Positions 7,861 through 17,061 of a DNA stretch of 64,000 nucleotides are shown piece by piece. This DNA comes from a virus. A model generated the notes under the pieces. The model was not told where the DNA came from. It made no database searches and was given only the letters and a program-made list of their open reading frames with translations. The position numbers were made by a program, and so were the translations under genes. The stretch spans positions 1 to 64,000 of IMG/VR virus record IMGVR_UViG_3300034069_001161; one strand, written 5' to 3'. How positions within the stretch are numbered: position 1 is the stretch's first letter; each line of letters begins with the position of its first letter.

Positions 7861-8053
7861 TCATGGCCTCCGTGAGGGCTTGGTCGAGCGCCGCGTACGC
7901 CTGATGGCTGTCACGCATGTTGGCGCCCTTGATGGGGTCGAAGTCGTCGGCGAACTTGGTCAGTCCACGCTCCAGCTTGCGGCGGCGTTCGCGCACCACG
8001 GCGAGCAGGCGACCCATTTCGCGTTCGGAAACGCGGAGGTCGATCATTCTCAT
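7766..8053 (-). CDS. hypothetical protein (95 aa); its 3' end overlaps the next gene by 95 nt
   Basis: AGGAG before ATG 8053. Good coding signal up to ...ALTEAMN. The Arg-rich tail is read out of frame over the next gene. Confidence 0.5.
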   Translation of the reverse strand: MRMIDLRVSEREMGRLLAVVRERRRKLERGLTKFADDFDPIKGANMRDSHQAYAALDQALTEAMNATDNSRGAGRDPRQHQGRRDAPGDYRPARR

Positions 8054-8095
8054 GTTGGTCTCCTGTGGGGAGAGCCGAAGCCCTCCCCGTGTTGG

Positions 8096-9670
8096 TCAAT
8101 CGAAGCGATCGATCGTGTAGGTCATCGAGCCGGCCGCCGTCTCGACGACGAGCGACACCGGCGCCATGTTCGAGCTGAGCGCGTAGCCGGCGGCGTAGGG
8201 CGCCGCGCCGGCGGCGACCCGACCACGAGCCGAAAACTGCTCCATCGTCTTGCGGATGGGATGCAGCTCGGAGCGCAGGTTCTCGGGGAACAGCGCCAGT
8301 CCCGGACTTCGCATGTCACGCGCGCCGTCCAGCAGCAGGATCACCGCTTTGGCGTTGTGCGCCAGCTCGGAGCCAGGCTTGGCCGCCACGCCGGTCAACG
8401 GGACCAATCCGGCGCGGACGTTCCAGTTATGCGGGGACGAGCCGCCGACGTAGACGTAGCTCGACAGCGGACCGTCCCACTGGAACAGCTTGGGACTGCC
8501 GGGCACCGCCTCGGTGACGATCGCCGAGAACGGCTGGCCGCCGCCTTCGCGCACCATCAGGCTGATCTTGGCGGCGGTCGGCAGAATGGTGCGGGCGAAC
8601 TTCTCCCAGGTCATCGTACCGCCCGAGCCGGGGCGCTGCGTGACGCGCGGGTCGAGGCCGGCAAACACGCCAGTCGCCACCGGCTTGGCCTTGGTGAGGC
8701 GACGCGGCGCCCACAGCAGGGTGGCCTCCCGAACGCTGGCGAACCGACGCTTGAGCGATACGGCCAGACCCATGCGCTCGATCAGCTTCTCGCCGGAGGC
8801 GATGTTGCCGGCCGAAGTTGCCGCGGTCGGACGCCGGTACTTGTCGAGCGCCATCTTGGCGGCAAAGTTCAGCTTGACGGTCTCGATCGACTTGCCGGCG
8901 GCGAGGTCTTCGAGCAGCGTGCCGATCATGCCGGAGCGCGGCGTGCAGAACCCGGCCGGCGCGCGGGCGATCGCCGCCCAGATGAGGTTGCGCTTGCGGC
9001 TCTGCGAGCGAACGCCCTTAAGCGTCTTGTGCAGATCGTTCAGGAACTGCGCACCGCCGAGCACCTTCTCAGAGCGCCAGAGCGCTTCGGACGACAGCAG
9101 GACCACGGCCTTCTCGGTGAGCGCGGCGGGGAACTGGTCGAGCGCACGGGCGATCGTGCCGAAGTGCTCGCGCTTGAGAGCGATCTGCTCGTCGGCGGTC
9201 AGCGTGGTCGGCTTGAACACGTCCTGATTGGTGACCGCGAAGTGCGTCCAGAAGCCAGTGCGGGCGTTGCCGAACTCGCGCTCCGACGAGAAGAACGACG
9301 CAGTGACAGTGGCGCGCTCGACGGCGAGGCGAAGCTGGTTGGCCGCGGCGGTGTACAAGGATGGCGCGTGCCGGGCGTCCCACATCGCTGAGGTTGTCTT
9401 GCCCGCGTCGTCGATGAAGACGAGACCGGCGTAGCGCCGGAAGAACGCGCGGCAGCAGTTGCACGTATGATGCTGGCGCTGGGCGAGCGGCAGGCTGTCG
9501 AGGTAGAGCTGGAACAGCTTGTCGCCATCGGCGTCGGTCTGGAACAGCTGCTGCGTGCCAAAACGGGTGAAGTCGGTCGCGACCGCTACGGCGAAATGGT
9601 CGAACTGGCCGTCGGTCATGTCGATTTCGGGCGTCGGCACATGTGCGGACGCGGCTACGAGATTTCGCAT
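8096..9670 (-). CDS. large hypothetical protein (524 aa) with HHTCNCC motif
   Basis: ORF track. GGAGA before ATG 9670. I recognise no family. Confidence 0.7.
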   Translation of the reverse strand: MRNLVAASAHVPTPEIDMTDGQFDHFAVAVATDFTRFGTQQLFQTDADGDKLFQLYLDSLPLAQRQHHTCNCCRAFFRRYAGLVFIDDAGKTTSAMWDARHAPSLYTAAANQLRLAVERATVTASFFSSEREFGNARTGFWTHFAVTNQDVFKPTTLTADEQIALKREHFGTIARALDQFPAALTEKAVVLLSSEALWRSEKVLGGAQFLNDLHKTLKGVRSQSRKRNLIWAAIARAPAGFCTPRSGMIGTLLEDLAAGKSIETVKLNFAAKMALDKYRRPTAATSAGNIASGEKLIERMGLAVSLKRRFASVREATLLWAPRRLTKAKPVATGVFAGLDPRVTQRPGSGGTMTWEKFARTILPTAAKISLMVREGGGQPFSAIVTEAVPGSPKLFQWDGPLSSYVYVGGSSPHNWNVRAGLVPLTGVAAKPGSELAHNAKAVILLLDGARDMRSPGLALFPENLRSELHPIRKTMEQFSARGRVAAGAAPYAAGYALSSNMAPVSLVVETAAGSMTYTIDRFD

Positions 9671-9726
9671 TGGTATTCTCCGATGGAGGAAGGTGGGGCG
9701 GCGTTACCCGGCCGCCCCGATGCGGG

Positions 9727-10965
9727 TTAGTTGACGTCCTTGACGAGACGGACGAGGTCGAGCTGCGAGACCGAGTGGTCGCTGTTGAAGCGACCCGCAG
9801 CGGTGTAGACCGACCCCTGATCGTCCTTGACCGGGTAGCCGGCTGCGCCGCTGATGGACGCGATCGTCACCTGCGAGCCGTTGCGCTTGGCCCAGACCTG
9901 ACCCTTGGCGATGCCGGAGGCATTGCGCGGGGTGACGGGGGCGCGGCTGATGATCCGCACCACGTCCTGCGGCTGGGAGTCGCGCTTCAATGGCTGACCG
10001 ACTACCGCGCCGCCCTGACACACACCGGTCTTGACGTGAACCCAGTCGGTAGTCACGCAGATGCCGCCATCAGACTTGGTGACAGCCACCCTGTCACCGC
10101 CGTGGGTCAGCACCACATCGCCGTTGCGCAGGTCGAACTGCTGGGCGATCGACTTGGCGGGGGCGGGCGCCGCCTTGGGCACTTCCCAGCCCGAGTAGAC
10201 CTTGGACGAGCCGTAGAAGTCCGGCGCGCGCAGGCCCTCGACCTCGCCGACGACGCGCAGCTTGCAGCAGCGGCCCTTGGTGAGGTTGTAGTCGGTCGGG
10301 ATGGCCGTCACGTCGGCCGGGTTGATGACGACCGCGATGACGCGGTTGCCACCGCCCAGCCCGCCGCCGTAGCCGCCGCCCTGCAGATACTCGATCGAGC
10401 AGAAGTGGATGCCCCGCGAGCAGGTCCGGTCGCGGTTGGGATCGCACTCCTCACGCGGCTCGGAGACGGTCTTGCCGATCGAGTGATCGAGGCGACCGCG
10501 CTTGCCCGAGTGCAGCGACTGGTAGTCGCGGCCCACGATCTTCCACGCGATCAGCTCGCCGTCGGGCGTGATCGGCAGGTTGCCCTTGACGCACCAGTCG
10601 TAGATAGTATCAACCAGTGCCAGATCAGGGTTCTGACGGCAGTTGGACAAGAATTTCTTGAAGGGTTCGGCCGCCGCCGCGTCGCCGGCCTTGATGAAGC
10701 CGAGGATGATGGTGGCGAGGTTGGTCTTGACCTCGGAGCCGCGGTAGAACAGCCGGCCATTGCTGACCGTGATCTCACCGCCGGTGAAGTTCACGATGGC
10801 GGACGGAATGTCCATGAGCGGCTTGATGTCCGCCTCGGTGGTCGCCGGATTCTTGACCAGCTCGATCAGCTGGGAGAAGTTCGGATGCGAGGACGGGATG
10901 ACGTGCGACCGGAAGTCAAGGACGACCGAGAGCGACGTAGCGGTACGCGAGTAGGCGATAGTCAT
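9727..10965 (-). CDS. rIIB: rIIB-like protein (412 aa)
   Basis: Matches to T4 rIIB recalled from memory: CSRGIHFCS (T4 CSRGLHVCS), IAWKIVG (T4 YAWKVV), INPADVTAIPTDYNLTKGRCCKLRVV (T4 VHPRDVVSIPIDYNDAKMRTCQYEVV), ITVSNGRLFYRGSEV (T4 IEGGSLFYQNIEL). Confidence 0.8.
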   Translation of the reverse strand: MTIAYSRTATSLSVVLDFRSHVIPSSHPNFSQLIELVKNPATTEADIKPLMDIPSAIVNFTGGEITVSNGRLFYRGSEVKTNLATIILGFIKAGDAAAAEPFKKFLSNCRQNPDLALVDTIYDWCVKGNLPITPDGELIAWKIVGRDYQSLHSGKRGRLDHSIGKTVSEPREECDPNRDRTCSRGIHFCSIEYLQGGGYGGGLGGGNRVIAVVINPADVTAIPTDYNLTKGRCCKLRVVGEVEGLRAPDFYGSSKVYSGWEVPKAAPAPAKSIAQQFDLRNGDVVLTHGGDRVAVTKSDGGICVTTDWVHVKTGVCQGGAVVGQPLKRDSQPQDVVRIISRAPVTPRNASGIAKGQVWAKRNGSQVTIASISGAAGYPVKDDQGSVYTAAGRFNSDHSVSQLDLVRLVKDVN

Positions 10966-11014
10966 ATCAAGTTCCTTCTGTTGCGTTTTCGGTATCGTGA
11001 CCCTAGAAGGTGCA

Positions 11015-11047
11015 GGCCGGCGGCGGGGTCAGAAACCACCGCCGGCC
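11015..11047 (-). promoter_or_regulatory. stem-loop in the rIIB 5' leader
   Basis: GGCCGGCGG-15 nt-CCGCCGGCC, a 9-bp G/C stem. Confidence 0.3.
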
Positions 11048-11075
11048 CTATCAGATGCCACAGGAGGGCACCCGA

Positions 11076-11555
11076 ATGCAAGAACTCATATCCCGACAGG
11101 AGGCCATTGCCAAGGGCCTATTTAGATATTTTACTGGCGAGCCGTGCAAGCACGGTCACGTCACAGAGCGCAACGTGAAAAATTGTACATGCTACGGATG
11201 CGCGGAGGTAAATGGCGCCCGAGTTCGAGCAAATACGCGTGAGCTGGCAGCTAGACGTTCCCGAGAATGGCACGCAGCCAATCCTGAAAAGTCGCGAATA
11301 AATCGGCGTCGACAGCAGCTCAAACGCTATGGCCTGACTCTCAATGACTTCGAGCGTATGCGGCAAGATCAACAAGATTGTTGCGTGATCTGCACGCTAC
11401 CCTTTGTCGAGACACCGAGAGTTGACCATTGTCACGCCACAGGCAAGGTACGCGGCCTGTTGTGTCGACACTGCAACACCCTGCTGGGTCAAGCTCGTGA
11501 CAGCATCGAAACACTGTCACGAGCGATCGCCTATTTACAGGCTACGCAGAAATAA
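11076..11555 (+). CDS. free-standing homing endonuclease, Endonuclease VII family (paralogue of 3457..3888)
   Basis: RVDHCHATGKVRGLLCRHCNTLLG. Start set at ATG 11076 (MQELISRQEAIAKGLFRYFTGEPCKHGH). Lower-GC and antisense. Its 3' end overlaps the rIIA stop by 21 nt. Confidence 0.8.
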   Translation: MQELISRQEAIAKGLFRYFTGEPCKHGHVTERNVKNCTCYGCAEVNGARVRANTRELAARRSREWHAANPEKSRINRRRQQLKRYGLTLNDFERMRQDQQDCCVICTLPFVETPRVDHCHATGKVRGLLCRHCNTLLGQARDSIETLSRAIAYLQATQK

Positions 11556-13628
11556 CCCCCGATGTGAGTCCTCATCCATGTCGAGCACGTCGAGCAGGAT
11601 TTGGGTGTCACCGACGATGGCATCGCGCAGTGCCTTGGGGTCGAGACCCTTCGGCAGCTGGGCGGTGACGAAGGCACCGAGGCGGCGCTCGTCGTAGCTC
11701 AACGGCTTGACATAGGTGCGCCAGGCCTTGAACAGCCGACCGAAGGGGTGCTGCTGCGCCTTCTTGGTCAGCTTGTCGAACGTGCCGTCCCTGTCGAACT
11801 TCTCGAAATCACGGCAATAGGCCGAGATAACCGAGTCGGCCGACACCGCAAGCCGCTGCGGCAGCTCGGGGTACTTGGCGAGCGCGGCGGCGAGCCGCTC
11901 GGCGAACACGTCCTCGTAGTTCTTGAAGGTCGCCTTGATCTTGGCAGCGTCGGCGACATTGACGAACACCAACTCGTCGTAGCGCACGAGGCCGGTCTGC
12001 ATCTGCTTCCACATGTCCTGCGGAAGGTCAAAGGCGTTCATGACGACCATGATGCCGGACGAGGGCTGGTCAGCGTAGGCGATCTCCTTGACAGCGTCGA
12101 CCTTGCTGACCGCCGGGGTGAGGTTGGTGATGGAGCGATGGGTGAACTTGTCGCTGCCACCGTTGAAGGTGAACATACGGACACGCGGACGCACGGACTT
12201 GGCGCGTGGGGCGGCCTTGGCCGGCTCGGGCAGGCTGGAGGTCAGGACGTAGTCGTCGGGGTTGCGCATCAGTGCGAGCAGCGCCGTCGCGTCGCCGCCG
12301 CGGACGACGATCGTCTCCTTGGCTTGGCTCTGGTTGTTGACGAACTCCTTGATGCGACGCACCGACTTGGACTTGGGGTCGTCTTGCGGCAGATCGTCGA
12401 TGATGATCGACTCGATGTTGTACGGCGTGATGCCGTACAGCTCGACCATCGCCTCCCACTTGGGCGACGGGCAGTTCGACGAACGCCGGCTGCGCGCCGG
12501 CTGGATCCGCCAGCCGCGCACGTCGGCGGCGCTGAGGCCGAGCAGCGTGAAATCGCTCGGCTCGACGCGGAAGCTCGTCTCCAGCTTGTTGCCCTTGTAC
12601 TTGGCGTTGGCGAGCAGCAGCTGGGCACGTCCCGAGCGGCTGTAGCTGTCCATGCCAGTCTCGGCGTAGAGCAGCCGCATGGCCTCGTACAGGCTGGGCG
12701 CCTTGTCGAAGTAATTGGCGAACGTGGCGATCACGTCGTCGATCACCGCCTCCAGCGCCTTGGCGACCGACGTCGAGGTCTTGGGTGTGTAGCTAAGGCC
12801 TTCGCGAGACATGGCCACGTTGCAGGCGTTGATGGGCAGGGTGAGATCGAGCCCATAATCCAGCAGAGGCTTGAGCCGAGAATTGTAGCGCAGGTCCGAG
12901 CTGAACGAACTGGTGTCAGCGGGGTAGCGCACACCGCCGAGGATGATACCCAGCGGACCCGCTTTGGGCCGCATAGCCCAATCCGTTCCCTTGTAAGTAT
13001 AGTCCGGTGCGTTGAGCGTCCCGTTACAGACGACGGGCAGCGGCTGAAAGTATTGGAGAGCCTCCTGCGCTGCGGCGATAAACGTATCCATGTCGGCGTC
13101 CTCGACGGGGAAGCTGACCTCGACACCGTTGGGCTCGCTGGTGGTGGTCTGCGCCTGCAAGCCGATGGCCGGGATGCCGTCGGCGTCTTTGAACATGGTG
13201 TAGACACCGAGGACACCATCATGAACAACACGCAGCGTGTACTGATCGACGTAAGAGAACGGCGACTTGGATCCGATACCCCAGCCGCCGATCTGATCGT
13301 CGGACTGGTCCTTGGTGGACCCGTTGGTGTATTCCATGAACTCGTTCATGACGAACGAGTGAGGCATGCCGGTGCCGAAGTCGCGAATGCGGCAGGTCGG
13401 GTCGAGCGGCGTGGGCAGCTGAACCTCGACAGCACGATCACCGCGCCCAGCGGCAACGTGAGCGTCAACGCCGTTGGCGACTAGCTCGCGAAGGATCGCG
13501 ACAGGCTTGTTGGCGTAGGTGTGGTCCGAGAACATGTCGAAGACCTTCTTGGTGGCCTTCACCTTGGCTTGCGACACCTCCATGACGCCGGAGGACGACA
13601 CATCGCGCTGAACGGTTTCGAGACGCAT
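11535..13628 (-). CDS. rIIA: rIIA-like protein with GHKL/HATPase fold (697 aa)
   Basis: ORF 11535..14018 trimmed to ATG 13628 (AAGGA upstream; MRLETVQRD...). Motifs: ILRELVANGVDA (N box), DFGTGM (G1), GGWGIGSKS (G2). Size and adjacency to rIIB fit rIIA. Confidence 0.75.
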   Translation of the reverse strand: MRLETVQRDVSSSGVMEVSQAKVKATKKVFDMFSDHTYANKPVAILRELVANGVDAHVAAGRGDRAVEVQLPTPLDPTCRIRDFGTGMPHSFVMNEFMEYTNGSTKDQSDDQIGGWGIGSKSPFSYVDQYTLRVVHDGVLGVYTMFKDADGIPAIGLQAQTTTSEPNGVEVSFPVEDADMDTFIAAAQEALQYFQPLPVVCNGTLNAPDYTYKGTDWAMRPKAGPLGIILGGVRYPADTSSFSSDLRYNSRLKPLLDYGLDLTLPINACNVAMSREGLSYTPKTSTSVAKALEAVIDDVIATFANYFDKAPSLYEAMRLLYAETGMDSYSRSGRAQLLLANAKYKGNKLETSFRVEPSDFTLLGLSAADVRGWRIQPARSRRSSNCPSPKWEAMVELYGITPYNIESIIIDDLPQDDPKSKSVRRIKEFVNNQSQAKETIVVRGGDATALLALMRNPDDYVLTSSLPEPAKAAPRAKSVRPRVRMFTFNGGSDKFTHRSITNLTPAVSKVDAVKEIAYADQPSSGIMVVMNAFDLPQDMWKQMQTGLVRYDELVFVNVADAAKIKATFKNYEDVFAERLAAALAKYPELPQRLAVSADSVISAYCRDFEKFDRDGTFDKLTKKAQQHPFGRLFKAWRTYVKPLSYDERRLGAFVTAQLPKGLDPKALRDAIVGDTQILLDVLDMDEDSHRGLFLRSL

Positions 13629-13682
13629 GGGATAATATCCTTTCGATTGACGAGACTGATGCCCATCATTATGGGCGGTAAC

Positions 13683-14177
13683 ATGGAAAACGAGACACCG
13701 CAACAGCGATATCGAAGAAAGAACCGCGAGAAGCTCGCGGCTGATATGCGTGAGCGACGCAAGGCGAACCCGGACGCGGCTCGACAGGCCGAAGCCAAGT
13801 GGCGTGCAGCCAACCCGGAGAAGCTGCTGGTCAAAGAGCAGCGTCGCTATGGTTGTCCGAAACGCAAAGCATGGACGGCTGACTGGCATCGTAACAACCG
13901 CGAGAAACTGCTCCCCGGCGAGGCTCGTCGTCGTGCCCTGCACCCTGAAATACATCGGGAAGCGAACGCAAGACGCCGAGCCTTGCAGGAACAAGCAACG
14001 CTGCCGGGTTATACCCACGAGATCAGAGCAATCTACGCTGCCTGTCCAGATGGATCAGAGGTGGATCACATCGTACCCCTGCGAGGACGGCTTGTCTGTG
14101 GCCTTCACGTTCCGTGGAACCTACAATACCTCACGTCGGACAAGAACCGCCGCAAGGGGAACACCTTCGGCGATTAG
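13683..14177 (+). CDS. HNH homing endonuclease (164 aa)
   Basis: Start at ATG 13683 (MENETPQQ...). GSEVDHIVPLRGRLVCGLHVPWNLQYLTSDKNRRKGN is an HNH motif. Antisense to the neighbouring operon. Confidence 0.8.
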   Translation: MENETPQQRYRRKNREKLAADMRERRKANPDAARQAEAKWRAANPEKLLVKEQRRYGCPKRKAWTADWHRNNREKLLPGEARRRALHPEIHREANARRRALQEQATLPGYTHEIRAIYAACPDGSEVDHIVPLRGRLVCGLHVPWNLQYLTSDKNRRKGNTFGD

Positions 14178-14183
14178 ATGATC

Positions 14184-14207
14184 GAGGCACTCCCCGGTGA
14201 GTGCCTC
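14184..14207 (+). terminator. stem-loop after the HNH gene
   Basis: GAGGCACTC-cccggt-GAGTGCCTC followed by GTCGTTGTCTT. Confidence 0.45.
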
Positions 14208-14305
14208 GTCGTTGTCTTGGTCAAATTCCGGGTCGACCATCTGGCCCCAAGGGGCAACGAGCCCCTCGGGGTGGGCGTTGCGTGAAGGCAGACGCCCTGG
14301 GTTGG

Positions 14306-14653
14306 TCACAGGGCCAGCTCGGCGAACACCGGCGACATCTGCTTGTCGCCCATCGCGTAGCCCTCGCGCGGCGCGTCGCTGCGCTGCGGCCTGTCCTCGT
14401 ACAGCTCGACCTTGCCGAGGTCGAACAGCGTCCACTGCGGCAGCGGTCGGCTGGCGGCGCCGGCGATCTGGAGACCGCGGGCGACGAGCTTGCCGGCCGT
14501 CGACTGGCCGACCGCGTGGATCTCGACCACGCGGTACTTGCCATCGTATATGAAGTCGACGACGTTGCCGCCCGCCATCGCGTCGATCATGCGATCCGCG
14601 ATCGAGGTGCCCGGTCGGCTACGGGGCGGCGTGATGTAGCGCAGGACGCTCAT
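14306..14653 (-). CDS. small WYL-like domain protein (115 aa)
   Basis: VVDFIYDGKYRVVEIHAVGQSTAGKLVARGLQIAGAASRPLPQWTLFDLGKVELYE fits the WYL pattern (F-Y-g--R-v-P---G-------Q-GG-S-----W--F-l-ki). Confidence 0.5.
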   Translation of the reverse strand: MSVLRYITPPRSRPGTSIADRMIDAMAGGNVVDFIYDGKYRVVEIHAVGQSTAGKLVARGLQIAGAASRPLPQWTLFDLGKVELYEDRPQRSDAPREGYAMGDKQMSPVFAELAL

Positions 14654-14979
14654 GCCGCGGCCCGGCGCTCGCGCCGATCCTTGAGCATCTGCAGGCGATC
14701 CATGCCGTAGTCGGGGTCGACATTGGTCGAAACCTGACAGCGCACCGCCTGCAGCGTCTTGGCGGTGACGTGGATGCCCGGCTTGAAGCTGGTCGGCTCG
14801 TAGGCGTTGGCCTTGACGCCGCTGTAGCCACGGCGGCGGTGGCGGGCGCCGAGCGGATCGGGCATGCGCAGGTGCGGCGGCACGTAGGTCATGGCGGCGA
14901 GCGCCTGCTGCGCCATACGATCGCCGGCCAGCGCCTTGGCGCGCAGCTCGTTGATCTTGCCGTTGATCTTCTTACCCAT
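14650..14979 (-). CDS. hypothetical protein (109 aa)
   Basis: ORF track. GGAGA before the ATG. ATGA coupling downstream. Confidence 0.6.
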   Translation of the reverse strand: MGKKINGKINELRAKALAGDRMAQQALAAMTYVPPHLRMPDPLGARHRRRGYSGVKANAYEPTSFKPGIHVTAKTLQAVRCQVSTNVDPDYGMDRLQMLKDRRERRAAA

Positions 14980-15181
14980 AATTGGTCTCCATCTCGATTG
15001 TGGCGTGCGAGGCGATCACCAGCAGGCCGTGGACGTAGAACGCGAACCCGGCGTTCAACAGGATGTTGCGGGCCTCGGCCCAGTTGTTGGTCCAGTCGGC
15101 GAGCGGCTGGGCTTGGTCGGGGTGCATCACACCGGCCCGAATAACCGGGCGATGGAACGCGGTGAAGGGCGGCCGGTGCAT
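14972..15181 (-). CDS. hypothetical protein (69 aa)
   Basis: ORF track. The start is uncertain (alternative ATG at 15127). Confidence 0.45.
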   Translation of the reverse strand: MHRPPFTAFHRPVIRAGVMHPDQAQPLADWTNNWAEARNILLNAGFAFYVHGLLVIASHATIEMETNYG

Positions 15182-15182
15182 G

Positions 15183-15410
15183 TTACCGGGTAATGTCGTT
15201 GAAGACCCACTCGGCGAGGCGGATCAGGACGACGTACAGCATGTAGAACACGCCGGCGAGCACCGCGAACGGCAGGCCCAGCGTGAACCGGACGCCGTAG
15301 AAGAAGTCGCGCCAGTCGTTCAGGCTCGGATGGCGCCCGCGCATGTCGAAGTAGGACCACAGGCCCATGACGACGGCGAGCACGACCCAAATCAACAGGA
15401 CGTAGAGCAT
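15183..15410 (-). CDS. small membrane protein (75 aa, two hydrophobic segments)
   Basis: Trimmed to ATG 15410 (GAGGAG upstream): MLYVLLIWVVLAVVMGLW...LPFAVLAGVFYMLYVVLI. Confidence 0.6.
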   Translation of the reverse strand: MLYVLLIWVVLAVVMGLWSYFDMRGRHPSLNDWRDFFYGVRFTLGLPFAVLAGVFYMLYVVLIRLAEWVFNDITR

Positions 15411-15426
15411 TGCTTGGTCTCCTCTT

Positions 15427-15456
15427 GGGTGCGACAGCACGAATACTGTCGCACCC
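15427..15456 (-). promoter_or_regulatory. intercistronic stem-loop
   Basis: GGGTGCGACAG-8 nt-CTGTCGCACCC, an 11-bp perfect stem with no U tract. Confidence 0.45.
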
Positions 15457-15462
15457 TTGACG

Positions 15463-16053
15463 TTACTTGGTCTCGACTGCGAAGCTGGTCGCGGCCTTCG
15501 AGGCGACGGTCACGGCGGCGAGGAAGCGGCGGCGACCGGCGGCGGACACGCCCTCACGCACCAGCGCCTCGTCGATCAGCGCCGCATCGATCCGGCTGGA
15601 CGCCGCCTTGGTCGTGGCGGTGACGACGTAGCTGGGGCTGTCGAACACGACGCCGGTCTGCTCGCCGCCGGTGATGATGCCCAGCTTGGTCAGCTCGGTC
15701 TTGGCCTTCTTCTTGTCCGCCTCGCCGAGGCGCACCAGCTCGGCGGCGATGCCGAGGCGGCGCACGGCCTGCTCCTTAGCGGAGTCGCGATCCTGCGGCT
15801 TGAGCAGGGCGGTGACGGCGGCGGACACGAGGGTCTTGATGTTCTTCATGGTAGTTCCCTTGGGAGCGAGGTTGCGAATGTCCACGACGCGCTCCCGAGC
15901 GTCGTAGTCGAAACGGGCAAGAACCATGTTGCGCGGCTGACGCGCGATGGCCATCTTGGTAATGGTGCAGGTTTTGCCGACGAGGGAGGTCATGCCGCCC
16001 TCGTAGACGCAGTCGCTGCCCACCATCAGGTATCGGCCATTGTTGGGGTTCAT
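15463..16053 (-). CDS. hypothetical protein (196 aa): N-terminal SH3/Tudor-like module plus a helical C-terminal part
   Basis: ORF track. An in-frame internal ATG (MKNIKTLV...) has a GGGAA-type RBS, so a shorter product is possible. Confidence 0.6.
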   Translation of the reverse strand: MNPNNGRYLMVGSDCVYEGGMTSLVGKTCTITKMAIARQPRNMVLARFDYDARERVVDIRNLAPKGTTMKNIKTLVSAAVTALLKPQDRDSAKEQAVRRLGIAAELVRLGEADKKKAKTELTKLGIITGGEQTGVVFDSPSYVVTATTKAASSRIDAALIDEALVREGVSAAGRRRFLAAVTVASKAATSFAVETK

Positions 16054-16193
16054 AGCTGATCCCTTATGAAGCGGGCGAGGTCGTCGCTCTGGGGCGCCGG
16101 ACGCTCGGGGTCAGGCGGCGGGCCACCGCGCAAGGCGAACTTGCGCAGGTGGCTTTCAGGGATGTTGTTGCCGCCTCGGGTGCCCTTAGTCAC
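16050..16193 (-). CDS. possible micro-ORF (47 aa, GTG start)
   Basis: GTG 16193..16191 overlaps the upstream stop (GTGACTAA). The stop overlaps the next ATG (ATGA). G/C-rich third positions. Confidence 0.35.
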   Translation of the reverse strand: MTKGTRGGNNIPESHLRKFALRGGPPPDPERPAPQSDDLARFIRDQL

Positions 16194-16944
16194 TCGTGAC
16201 CAGCTCGGCGGCGATGATGCGACCGTTCTCGCGGGTGATCTTGAGAGCCGCGTCGGAGCGATTGTCACGGGCGCTCTCCCGCTTGAGTTGGTCGAAGCTG
16301 TTGTAGACCGAAGCACCGACGCGCTCACCGTCCGTGTAGCCCGTGCGGATCGGCTGGTAGCCAACGGTGCGCTCGACCTTGTTCTGGAGGCCCAGCGAAT
16401 AGCCGTAGCCGTCCTTGGCGCGGACGAACTTGCCCTGCTTGTCGAACACCGCCCAGCCGTAGCCGGTGACGTCGACGAGGATGTTGCCGTCGCTCGTCTC
16501 GGTGACGAAGATGACCTTGCGCTCGCTGCCGGGCAGGGTCAGCGGCTTGGTGGTGTCGATGAGCTTGGGCACGATGATCTCCAGACTGGTGAGGTAGGAA
16601 GGGTCCGGGGCGCATTTGCGAGCATCCCATTCGACGTTGGCCGAAGGCGTGCCCTCGTAAGTGGTCAGCGCCGTGACGATGCCCTCGGCGCCGGTGCAAT
16701 AGGCAGGGGCACCGCCAACGGTGCGCCCGACGTAGCGCACGCGGTCGCCGACCTCGATGCCGACCAGTTCGAGGTTCGAACCATAGACGCCACCGCTGCC
16801 GCGCCGCGATCCGGCGTCCCACTTGACAACGATATTCGATTGAGTCGTGGCCTCGCGAACCGTCCCAACGTCCTTGGGATTGTTGTTACGACCGAAGCCT
16901 TCGGTGCCGCCGACGTAGCGGACGCGATCACCTTGCTTGAACAT
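16186..16944 (-). CDS. hypothetical protein with two GDRVRYVG SH3/Tudor-like repeats (252 aa)
   Basis: Trimmed to ATG 16944 (AAGGAG upstream). MFKQGDRVRYVGG...VGDRVRYVGR...IDTTKP. Paralogue of 17261..17848. Confidence 0.65.
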   Translation of the reverse strand: MFKQGDRVRYVGGTEGFGRNNNPKDVGTVREATTQSNIVVKWDAGSRRGSGGVYGSNLELVGIEVGDRVRYVGRTVGGAPAYCTGAEGIVTALTTYEGTPSANVEWDARKCAPDPSYLTSLEIIVPKLIDTTKPLTLPGSERKVIFVTETSDGNILVDVTGYGWAVFDKQGKFVRAKDGYGYSLGLQNKVERTVGYQPIRTGYTDGERVGASVYNSFDQLKRESARDNRSDAALKITRENGRIIAAELVTSD

Positions 16945-17061
16945 TGAACATCTCCTTGGGGTCGACAACGCGGGCGACGCGCGGCGGCTCGGGGGTGAGC
17001 GGCGGGGCCACCGTCCGGCGCGGGCCGGACAGGTGGCCAAGCATCCCGGCGAGGTCGCGGC

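Noticed and set aside
16773-16780. GGTTCGAA T-loop-like sequences (also at 20513..20520) as possible tRNA genes.
   Set aside because: Both lie inside well-supported CDSs, and I could find no flanking acceptor or anticodon stems. The non-coding gaps (20942..21165, 23573..23945, 33315..33433) contain no cloverleaf-compatible sequence that I could fold by eye.
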